The notes beneath the pieces are model-generated. The model worked only from the letters and a program-made list of their open reading frames with translations, searched no databases and was not told the origin of the DNA. From a virus, in IMG/VR virus record IMGVR_UViG_3300042561_000572, positions 30,156 through 94,155 of that record: a DNA stretch of 64,000 nucleotides; one strand, written 5' to 3'. The position numbers and the translations under genes are program-made. Of the stretch, positions 19,565-28,276 are shown piece by piece. Each line of letters opens with the position of its first letter. Position 1 is the stretch's first letter.

Positions 19565-19719
19565 TTTAATTTAAGGTATTATATATTATGTATATTACCT
19601 TATATAACACCTATTTAGTTATAATAAGTAAACATAAATGCCTACAAATATATACAAATAAGATATAATATTAGGTTTATAAAAAGTAAATAGTAATACA
19701 CTAAACAGTAATATAAATA

Positions 19720-20949
19720 ATGCAGTATCCTGTATTAAACACTAAATCTATTGAAGCTAATATATCAGAAACAAAAGCAAAGATACCTCTCTTAATAAAA
19801 GGTAATTGGCATGTTCCTGGATATGGTTTAATGAGAGTTACAGATAGCTATATTGAAAAACTTAAAGATAACTACAAATCAAATGTATTAGGTTTTAAAC
19901 CATATGCAACCCTAGGTCATCCAACTGATTCACCTGATCCAGCAAGCATTGATGGAGAAAGAAAAAGAGGAGACTTAGAAGATATAGTAGTAGAGAATGA
20001 TATAGTATATGGAGTATATGATATTAACTTAGAAACATATAATCTTATTAAAAATGGGGATTATGAATATAGTTCACCTGAGATTCAACAAAACTTTAAA
20101 GATAAAGTAACAGGAGAATCAAAAGGACCTACTTTACTAAGGACAGCATTAACAAATGCACCTTTTATGCCTTTCAATGATAATAAGATAGTAGCTTTAT
20201 CACAAAGTAATAATACTAATAATGAAGAGATTATAAGTCCAATATGTATTAAACTATCAACTACTATTAGTGTTAATACACAAACAATAGAACCAACAAT
20301 AGAAACAAAAACAGAACAAGAATATATAAAAATGTCAACCACTCCAATTGAAGTAACAACTCCTTCTGTATCTACCCCTTCTGAAGTTAAACAATCTGTA
20401 GATATTGAAGCAATTCTAACTAAAGTATTAAGCACTCAAGCAGAAACATTTACTAATACTATTAACAGTCTTACAACTAAGTTTGATGAAAGTGTAAATA
20501 ATGTTATTAGTCAAACATCTGAGACTGTAGCTGCACTAGCAAGTGAAGTTCAAAGCATGAAGAGTCAAGTATCTGATGTACTAACTAAAGCAAATGAATT
20601 TGATAAGACTGCACAATATGTAACTAGTCTATCTAGCAGTGATAAAGCAAGACAACTTAATAGTAAACTAAAGGGTTTGTTTGATTCTGGTGTTACTCCT
20701 GCTGCAATTTCTCTAACTAAGAAGCTAATTGAAAATGAAGGTAATTCTGTAGTTAAGTTATCTATTAATGGTGCAGAAACTGATGTATCATTTGAAGATT
20801 CTTTAATTGAATTAGTTAAACTAAGTTCTACTAGTTTTCAAGATGAGTTTCAAGTAGGTGCTCAATCTACTCCTGTTAAAGCAAACTATATTAATCAAGT
20901 AATTGAAGCTAATAGAGCTAAAGCAGAATCTGGTAAGATTAAGAAATAA
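19720..20949 (+). CDS. prohead protease with C-terminal scaffold (Mu gpI/Z-like)
   Basis: LGHP, YEYSSPE and GPTLLRTALTNAPF; coiled-coil C-terminal half; directly upstream of capsid gene. Confidence 0.8.
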   Translation: MQYPVLNTKSIEANISETKAKIPLLIKGNWHVPGYGLMRVTDSYIEKLKDNYKSNVLGFKPYATLGHPTDSPDPASIDGERKRGDLEDIVVENDIVYGVYDINLETYNLIKNGDYEYSSPEIQQNFKDKVTGESKGPTLLRTALTNAPFMPFNDNKIVALSQSNNTNNEEIISPICIKLSTTISVNTQTIEPTIETKTEQEYIKMSTTPIEVTTPSVSTPSEVKQSVDIEAILTKVLSTQAETFTNTINSLTTKFDESVNNVISQTSETVAALASEVQSMKSQVSDVLTKANEFDKTAQYVTSLSSSDKARQLNSKLKGLFDSGVTPAAISLTKKLIENEGNSVVKLSINGAETDVSFEDSLIELVKLSSTSFQDEFQVGAQSTPVKANYINQVIEANRAKAESGKIKK

Positions 20950-20990
20950 ATATAAACTAATAAATAATAATAATAAATAAGAGAATATAA

Positions 20991-22310
20991 ATGGCATTAC
21001 AACAAATTCCTTCTTTTAATATGGATGCATATGCATCTCCTTGGGAAACAGTAAGTACTAGTGAAAAACCAGGTGTACCTACTTATTTAGAACTAGCTAA
21101 GTCTTTCTTACCTTTAGTTGGTTCAACTCCCCTAAAAGAACTATTTCCTGATCAAACCATCAAACAACCTATTGTTGCAATTGAACAAAGATTTGAAACA
21201 AGTGGTACTTTACTTCCTCCTGTTAAATTTGGTGAACCAGATCAACTATTAGGAGTTTCTCAATACACAACTCAAAGAAGATATATTCAACCTTTATACC
21301 TTAGAGGATCACATTATATTAGTTGGGGTGATGTAAACATTAGAATCAAAGATGGCACCTTAAATGACTTTGAAGATCCACAAGCTTATGTTACAAAGCA
21401 AGTTGAAAAGCTAGTTGAAACACATAACCTAACATGGGATGTTTATAGAGGTCTAACTCTTCTTGGTGGTATTAATTATACTGATCCTAGAAGTGGTCAA
21501 CCAGTTAGTGTTTCTGCTCAGATTCCTGCTCATAACTTCTGGTCTTATAACAATGTAAATGGTTATAGAGGAAGAAATGAAGCTAACTTGTTTAGAGGTT
21601 TGATTGATTATAATACTCCTCAAGCTTCTACTGCTGGTGTACCTTGGACTGAGCCAGATGCTGCTATTGTAAGTTGTATTCAAAAGTTTGTTTATTGGTT
21701 TAAAACCACCAATAAAACTAGAGTAACTGCTATGTATATTCACCCTGACTTGAAGCAAATCATTAGTGAAAACAATGAAATTAAACTTCAAACTGGTGGT
21801 CTTATTCCTAGATTTGGTGCTCAAACTGGTGATAAGCAAGTTATGATTAATAACACTGGTGGTGGCTATCAAGTTGAAGCTAATGAACTAGCTGCTAATG
21901 CATTTGGTTCTATTGGTGTGGGCCCCGAAGGTATTATGTCCATTGCGGGTGTACCTATTAGAACAGTTGAAACTTGGTATAGAGATCCTGTAGATGGTGT
22001 AAGGAAGTATCTATGGCCTAGAAATAAGGTTGTATTTGTATCTGAAGTTAATCCTGATGGTACTTATGAAGCTCCTGGTAGAACACAATATTGTGTATCA
22101 GAAGAAAGTGGTGGTGAACCTGGACTTTGGATGAGAGAGCAAAGAGATACTCCTATTCCTGCTGCTCCTGGTATGTACTTGCAACTAGGTAATGCTGGCC
22201 TTCCTTATCTCCTATATCCTCATAGAGTTGCTCATATGACTGTTGGTACAATTCAAGATATTAATACTAGAATTGGTATTTTAGGCGATTTGGGCTATGG
22301 CAGTATCTAA
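20991..22310 (+). CDS. major capsid protein (HK97 fold, gpE-like)
   Basis: 439 aa after protease/scaffold; LKELFP, VRKYLWPRNKVVF, GRTQY and GLPYLLYP patterns. Confidence 0.8.
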   Translation: MALQQIPSFNMDAYASPWETVSTSEKPGVPTYLELAKSFLPLVGSTPLKELFPDQTIKQPIVAIEQRFETSGTLLPPVKFGEPDQLLGVSQYTTQRRYIQPLYLRGSHYISWGDVNIRIKDGTLNDFEDPQAYVTKQVEKLVETHNLTWDVYRGLTLLGGINYTDPRSGQPVSVSAQIPAHNFWSYNNVNGYRGRNEANLFRGLIDYNTPQASTAGVPWTEPDAAIVSCIQKFVYWFKTTNKTRVTAMYIHPDLKQIISENNEIKLQTGGLIPRFGAQTGDKQVMINNTGGGYQVEANELAANAFGSIGVGPEGIMSIAGVPIRTVETWYRDPVDGVRKYLWPRNKVVFVSEVNPDGTYEAPGRTQYCVSEESGGEPGLWMREQRDTPIPAAPGMYLQLGNAGLPYLLYPHRVAHMTVGTIQDINTRIGILGDLGYGSI

Positions 22311-22381
22311 CCTCTAAAAGATACACTTAAGTCTAAACCAAGTATCTTTTAAAAACTGGGTTACGGTCCTTCATAATCTAG

Positions 22382-22443
22382 TTTACAAAAGATACATAAT
22401 AGAATATAATAAAGGGAGTAAACAACTACTCCCTTTATTTTTT
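22382..22443 (+). promoter_or_regulatory. sigma70-like promoter overlapping a terminator hairpin upstream of GIY-YIG gene
   Basis: TTTACA-17-TATAAT (22382-22410); inverted repeat aataaagggagta / tactccctttatt (22408-22439) plus T-tract before ATG. Confidence 0.6.
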
Positions 22444-23301
22444 ATGAGAAACAAATTATCTGGTATATATTCTTTTACAAATAAAACAACTGGTAAAAGA
22501 TATATTGGACAAACAGTATATTTAAATGGTAGAAAAGGAGATCATTTATTAAATCTTAGAAGGAATCAACATGATAATGATTATCTTCAAAAAGCTTTTA
22601 ATAAATATGGTGAAAAAGACTTTATATTTGAAGTGTTAGAAGTGGTGCCAAAGTTAGAAGATGGTACTAATGATAAAGTTAAATTAACTGAAAGAGAGCA
22701 GTACTGGATGGATTTTTATAAGTCTTATGATAGAGATTATGGTTATAATATTAATCCTTCAGCAAGTATGAATCCAATGCAGGGTAAAACACATACCCCA
22801 GAAGCTAGAAAGAAGATTAGTGAAGCAGCTTATAATAGACCTCCTAGAAAAGTAATTTTACCTACATATATTCCTAATCCTGATATTAAAGATAGTATAG
22901 ACAGTAAATTTGAATATACTGTAGAACATATTAATGGTAATACATATATTTTAGATGATAATAGTTTTATAGATTTTTGCAGACAATTACATTTAGATGA
23001 TGCTAGATTATTTAGATGTTTATACTTTAAAGAGTTTTATTATGGATTAAAAGGCTCTATAAAAGTATTAAATAAGTGGGGAGAATATCATATACATCAG
23101 TGTAATACTCAACAGAAAAACGCCGTAGTATATAGATATTATTTAAAAGATGAAACTGGAACAGAACATATAACTGATAATCTAAATAATTTTTGTAGGA
23201 TTAATAGATTAAGCAGAACACATATGGGAAATGTAGTAAATAAAAACAAATACTATAAAGGATGGACTGGTTATAAAGTTTCTCTAAAAGATATAAAATA
23301 A
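22444..23301 (+). mobile_element. free-standing GIY-YIG homing endonuclease with NUMOD3-like motif
   Basis: SGIYSFTNKTTGKRYIGQT, LTEREQYW, GYN and NPMQGKTHTPEARKKISEA. Confidence 0.9.
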
Positions 23302-23350
23302 ATAATAAAAAGAGGTTAGATTTTATTTTCTAACCTCTTTTTATTATTTA
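23299..23350. terminator. bidirectional terminator
   Basis: 22-bp perfect inverted repeat between convergent genes. Confidence 0.75.
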
Positions 23351-23384
23351 AACTTAAGTGTATTTAACCTTTATTATTTAAAAT

Positions 23385-23684
23385 CTAACTATCATTTAAA
23401 TGCTCTGATTTCCACATAATACTTAAGCTTGATAGATCTGCATGTATAACAATATATCCTTTTTTAATTAACTCTTTATATATGTATATAGAATATGTTA
23501 AATCTTTAACTTGTAAGTCAAAATAAAACTGTTCTGCCCTTGATCTAATTAGATCTGCAACCTTTTGTAATTCCATTTCCTTAGTGCCAGTATTAGCTAA
23601 TTTATTAGCTTCTTTAGCACTTAATAATGGCAGTATTTCCTTCTCTTTAACACTTGTATTAATACTACTATCTTTAACTATCAT
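23385..23684 (-). CDS. hypothetical protein
   Basis: 99-aa ORF ending before terminator. Confidence 0.65.
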   Translation of the reverse strand: MIVKDSSINTSVKEKEILPLLSAKEANKLANTGTKEMELQKVADLIRSRAEQFYFDLQVKDLTYSIYIYKELIKKGYIVIHADLSSLSIMWKSEHLNDS

Positions 23685-23763
23685 TTATGTGCCTACTTTA
23701 TGTTATAAAAGCCTACAATAATATAGCATTATAATATAAAGTATAACAATATAAAGTAAGTTA

Positions 23764-23819
23764 AAAAAGAATACTTACAATAAATAAATATAAAAAGAAT
23801 ACTTATAATAAATAAATAT
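23764..23819 (+). repeat. 28-bp tandem repeat upstream of structural gene
   Basis: aaaaagaatactta(c/t)aataaataaatat x2. Confidence 0.8.
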
Positions 23820-23832
23820 AAAAGAGAAATAA

Positions 23833-24990
23833 ATGGGTTTATACAACATTAATCAAATCCTTAGAGGTGCTAGAAATGCTGGTGGTGTAAAGACTTACAA
23901 CCAAGCATCAGTAACTACTAAGCCAACAGCAGCTATTGCTGGTACTACTATTACTTTTAGTGGGGGTGCAATTGAAGTAGAGGGTAAAGAATATGGTTTT
24001 TCAACCTTTGATTTTAGTACCTTTTCTGCTCTTTTGAAAGCATCTACAACTTATGTTTTAAGTGCTGTTCCTACTTATTTAGAGCCTGCTGATCAAAGTG
24101 CAGCAGTTTCTGCTGGTGTTAACTATGTTGTAACACAAACTGCTCTTGGTGAATCAGTATTAAATTACTTCATGAATCCATCTGCTATTAGTGGTATTAA
24201 TGCTTTAGGCGGTGAACAAGCAGTAAGAGAAAGAGTACAATTAGGTACTGCAACCGAAGCAGATTATAGAGCTTTTAACTTCTTCTCCAGTGAAAGAGAA
24301 AAGCTAGCTGACCCTAGATATGGTACAGGTCTACAATTGCCTATTACTGGTATTAAATATGTATTAACTGAAGTATCAGCACAAGATAATAGTTCTAAGT
24401 CTAATGTATTAAGTACTTTTACATATAATGATTTTGCTAAATTTAGAGCTACTCAAGGTGACATTCCTGCTGAATTTAAAGTATTAGCAACTGCTGCTGC
24501 TGTAACAGCTTATGAAACGCCATCTAAGACTTTCTTGTGTAAGAGAATCTTTGGTTATACTTCTTTAAACAATGCTAATGCAAACATTGGTGGTGTTGAA
24601 ATTGCAGTTTATAATAAAACAACTGGTGCTCTTTTAGCTACTCCTTTTACCAATCCTACTAACATTTCAACTGAAGCTAGTGTAAGTTCTTTGACTCACT
24701 TTACAGTATATGAATATTATAGTCCTTCTTATATGGAACTAGGTAATGTTGGAACTAAAGATAAAGTACTAAACATCCTATCTAATAAAGAAGCATCTGG
24801 TCTTGGTAGAATCAATCCTATTTACTTAGATAATCCTTTTAGTATTCAAAGATCTTCACTAATGAATACTAAAGCTAGACCCGCTTTAACTCTTTATAAC
24901 AATCCTTGTGATCTAGTTAAAGTAACAGTATCTAGTTTAGGTCCTGTAGTACTTAGCTCACTTGTTCCTGTATATGATACACTACTGTAA
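23833..24990 (+). CDS. putative virion structural protein (head decoration or neck)
   Basis: 385 aa, Ala/Thr/Ser-rich; first gene of the neck-tail run. Confidence 0.5.
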   Translation: MGLYNINQILRGARNAGGVKTYNQASVTTKPTAAIAGTTITFSGGAIEVEGKEYGFSTFDFSTFSALLKASTTYVLSAVPTYLEPADQSAAVSAGVNYVVTQTALGESVLNYFMNPSAISGINALGGEQAVRERVQLGTATEADYRAFNFFSSEREKLADPRYGTGLQLPITGIKYVLTEVSAQDNSSKSNVLSTFTYNDFAKFRATQGDIPAEFKVLATAAAVTAYETPSKTFLCKRIFGYTSLNNANANIGGVEIAVYNKTTGALLATPFTNPTNISTEASVSSLTHFTVYEYYSPSYMELGNVGTKDKVLNILSNKEASGLGRINPIYLDNPFSIQRSSLMNTKARPALTLYNNPCDLVKVTVSSLGPVVLSSLVPVYDTLL

Positions 24991-25026
24991 TAACTACAAA
25001 TTAACAATAAATAGGTACATCTAAAC

Positions 25027-25683
25027 ATGTTTGATCCAAACATTAAAGTTAGAGTAGTAGCTGATTATAAATATAAAGATGGGAGTTACTTAGTTGCTAA
25101 CTCCTATCTTTCCTTTGATATTTATGACAGTACTAAGATAGCAGAACTAATTGATCTATATAATTCAAATTATGAATATAAAGATCATATTGAGTTACCT
25201 TCTATAGATTCTTTACCATTCCATGTAAAACAACAACTACAAGAAACATATAAGTTTAATAAACCACAAGAAGCAGATGGTTATCTACCTCCTAGTGATA
25301 AACCTTTATATGAAACAGTTGATGATACATACTCTCCTTTTGCTCCTTCTCCTTATGAAGATAAAGATAACTTTGAAGTTCTAGCAGATAATACATATGA
25401 ACCTAAAGTTGAAGAACCTAGATTTATAGAATTAACTCCTCCTTCACCTTCAGTAGCAGAAGTAAAAGATGTAGTTAAAGAAGAAGTAAAAGAAGTAACT
25501 AAAGAAGAGCCAGTAGTTGAACAAGTATATAGTGTTTATATCCAACAACTACTTAAACTAACTAAGGAACAATTAGAAGATAAAAGTGCTGCTGATATTA
25601 AAAAGGCAGTATTAGAAGTAGATTCTAAATATGAATATACTAACAAAATAGAAGCTATAAAATATTTATTAACTATTAAATAA
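25027..25683 (+). CDS. hypothetical acidic protein with small C-terminal helical module
   Basis: E/P/V-rich linker; LTKEQL...KIEAIKYLL resembles Rho-N/HeH-like tails seen in head-region genes. Confidence 0.45.
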   Translation: MFDPNIKVRVVADYKYKDGSYLVANSYLSFDIYDSTKIAELIDLYNSNYEYKDHIELPSIDSLPFHVKQQLQETYKFNKPQEADGYLPPSDKPLYETVDDTYSPFAPSPYEDKDNFEVLADNTYEPKVEEPRFIELTPPSPSVAEVKDVVKEEVKEVTKEEPVVEQVYSVYIQQLLKLTKEQLEDKSAADIKKAVLEVDSKYEYTNKIEAIKYLLTIK

Positions 25684-25692
25684 TAAACAATA

Positions 25693-27618
25693 ATGAACTT
25701 TGCACAAGACATACAAAGTAGTCTTGATACAGTCAACTTTATAAAACTAGTAAGGCCTCTATGTGTATTAACACAAGGGGCTTCTTTTATAACTGATGAT
25801 GACATATTGTTTCAAGGCTACAATCAATTTAATAACATAGGGCTTGTATTATCTGCTGCTAAAGATAAAGATAATACACAATTATTTAAAATACCAACAA
25901 CATATCAAGCTGTATTAGGTTTAATGACAAACTCTGAATATAGTTCAGGTTTAGTCAATGTAGCAGCAGAATTAACAGCAGCTAATATTATTAGATCATT
26001 ACCACTCAATGACTCTTTAAAGTTAATTGAAAGAGGAAACACATTAGAAACAAGAGCATATTCTAACTTAGATAGAATTATATTCTTATATACATCTGCA
26101 TCAGCAGTATCAACAAATGTATCAATTAGTACATCTAATGATTTCTTTTTCTTCTCACCTGATATAGATAGAACAACTATTTTAGATAGTCAATTTGATG
26201 TTGGATTAGAAACAGAATCAGTTAAGTTAACAGGTGTTAAAACAGTTAAAACATTATCAGTTGATCCTAATCAAGTCTCCTTTATATACTACAACATATT
26301 AAAGTCTGAACCAGGAACACCACCATTATTAAATGAAGGTATAACTATAGTAAATAATGGACAAGATATAGAGAACTTTATATATCAATTATCATCTGAT
26401 ATAAACACTTTATGTACTAATGTTTATTCAACTGGAACAGCAACTTATCCCTTCTCTAACTTAATAGCAGAACCAACAAGAACTCAAAATATAGACTCAA
26501 ATATATCTATAAAGAAAAGTAACTTTTATACAAACACTGCTACATTTTTAAATAAGACAGCAACATTTACTCTTAGAACATTTAGTGTTTATTTAGAGTT
26601 TGCAGCTAGAAGATTATCTACTACTGTATCAAGAGAAGCTATTACTATTAGACCTTTAACAATCCATAAAGCTGCTTTATTAACACCTTATACATCCTAT
26701 AAAGGAACATATAGTACAACTACTTTATACTCTTTAAATGATGTTGTTATAAGTAATAATATAGGTTATAAAGTAATACTTGCATCACCTCCTGTAAACA
26801 GTATAACTAACACTACTTATTGGCAACAGTTAAATGTATCTAATGTAAGTTATACATCTAATGATTTATTAGTTAGAAAGTCCACTTATATAAAGAATTA
26901 TGTTGATGGTTTATTAATTGGTAAACAAACATCAAACTATTTTAACTATCAATCATTACAGCTAGAAGGGCCTTTATCAGCCATTATTGATGTTAATAAA
27001 GGTACAGTTAGTTCAGCTTCAGCTACAACAACAGGATCAACTTCAATTGATCACAAAGTTGAAATAGATACCTTTTACTTTAGTTATTCAAATCCTTTAA
27101 CACCCTATTGTACTTCTGCTGGAACTCTTCTATTTAGAATATCAACTTTATTTGAAGATGTTCCTTGGATACCAATAAACATAGAACTTGGAGATCAGCC
27201 AGAAGATGTAGCATTTAAGTTATTACAAGGTATATTAGAGTATAGAGTAGAGCAAGATACTAAAGTAGTAGGTGCTCAAATATATAAAGATGCAGTTTAT
27301 ATAAATGCTTATAAGATTACAAATCCAGAAGTAAGAGTAGTAGTTGATATTAAATTTGAAAATGTAGAAGGAATAACAGTTGCATCTTATTATCATTTAG
27401 TTGCACCAGCTATAACAAGTTATGCTACAGCACCTAGATCTGTAGCAGTTACAACTGTGTTAAGAGTAACTAATAATCCCTCAACAGATCAAACAATAAA
27501 TAAAGGAGCATCCGCTATTGATTTTGGAAGTAGAAGTAATAGTACTATGAATAGAGTAAAAGATAAGATAGCTTTATTAAATGATGTTATAGGAAGTCAA
27601 TATGCATGGAGTAGATAA
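25693..27618 (+). CDS. head-tail adaptor/neck-like protein with accessory domains
   Basis: N-terminal helical AAELTAANII...RAYSNLDRI resembles Mu gp36-type adaptors; CBM5/12-like module; position before sheath. Confidence 0.5.
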   Translation: MNFAQDIQSSLDTVNFIKLVRPLCVLTQGASFITDDDILFQGYNQFNNIGLVLSAAKDKDNTQLFKIPTTYQAVLGLMTNSEYSSGLVNVAAELTAANIIRSLPLNDSLKLIERGNTLETRAYSNLDRIIFLYTSASAVSTNVSISTSNDFFFFSPDIDRTTILDSQFDVGLETESVKLTGVKTVKTLSVDPNQVSFIYYNILKSEPGTPPLLNEGITIVNNGQDIENFIYQLSSDINTLCTNVYSTGTATYPFSNLIAEPTRTQNIDSNISIKKSNFYTNTATFLNKTATFTLRTFSVYLEFAARRLSTTVSREAITIRPLTIHKAALLTPYTSYKGTYSTTTLYSLNDVVISNNIGYKVILASPPVNSITNTTYWQQLNVSNVSYTSNDLLVRKSTYIKNYVDGLLIGKQTSNYFNYQSLQLEGPLSAIIDVNKGTVSSASATTTGSTSIDHKVEIDTFYFSYSNPLTPYCTSAGTLLFRISTLFEDVPWIPINIELGDQPEDVAFKLLQGILEYRVEQDTKVVGAQIYKDAVYINAYKITNPEVRVVVDIKFENVEGITVASYYHLVAPAITSYATAPRSVAVTTVLRVTNNPSTDQTINKGASAIDFGSRSNSTMNRVKDKIALLNDVIGSQYAWSR

Positions 27619-28276
27619 AGTATGTATCAGTATTGCTAAAGGTATTGCAAGTCATCCTCTTATACTTGCAAATCTAATAGTTAATCCAATAACAAATGAA
27701 CCTGTACCAATTTCAAGTTATAGATTATATGGTGGATTAGAGACATCATCTAACACTTTAACATGTGCTGTATATCCAGCACCTATATCATCATTAACTG
27801 CAAAATCAGCATCATCACAAACAGCATCTATTGTATATAAACCTTACAACTTAGGTAGTGAAACTGATGAAGTAATGTCAATGATACATATTAGTTTTTA
27901 CTTTAATAGTGTTACCTCTGGCTCTCAATCAACCCCTTTAATTCTAGAAAATATGCCTACACAATTACCTATTAGTAATGATGAAATAGTAATAGAAAAT
28001 AGCACAAATATAGAATTATATACAGATGTAGCTTTACATATATTAAGTCAATGTATTGAGTTATTAAGACTAATAATATATGAAATTAAAATAGATGACT
28101 TAAAGACTAAAGTAGAACTACTAAGATCATCATTTATTGGAGGTGAGTGGGAAAAAGATCCATACTTTAAAGAGGTAATGACAGCTTGTTTAGTTACCAC
28201 TTATCTACCAAAAGCAGCAAAAACAAATCCAATAATACAAGATATAAAATATAACATAAACAATGAGAATTCCTGA
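27602..28276 (+). CDS. putative tail terminator/neck protein
   Basis: Overlaps both neighbours and lies directly before sheath. Confidence 0.45.
   Translation: MHGVDKVCISIAKGIASHPLILANLIVNPITNEPVPISSYRLYGGLETSSNTLTCAVYPAPISSLTAKSASSQTASIVYKPYNLGSETDEVMSMIHISFYFNSVTSGSQSTPLILENMPTQLPISNDEIVIENSTNIELYTDVALHILSQCIELLRLIIYEIKIDDLKTKVELLRSSFIGGEWEKDPYFKEVMTACLVTTYLPKAAKTNPIIQDIKYNINNENS

Noticed and set aside
22311-23350. Group I intron in the capsid gene housing the GIY-YIG ORF
   Set aside because: Capsid ORF appears complete, no downstream exon or intron core is evident, and the endonuclease has its own promoter and terminator
23764-23819. Possible CRISPR mini-array
   Set aside because: Two directly adjacent repeats with no spacer; no arrays or cas genes seen in the window
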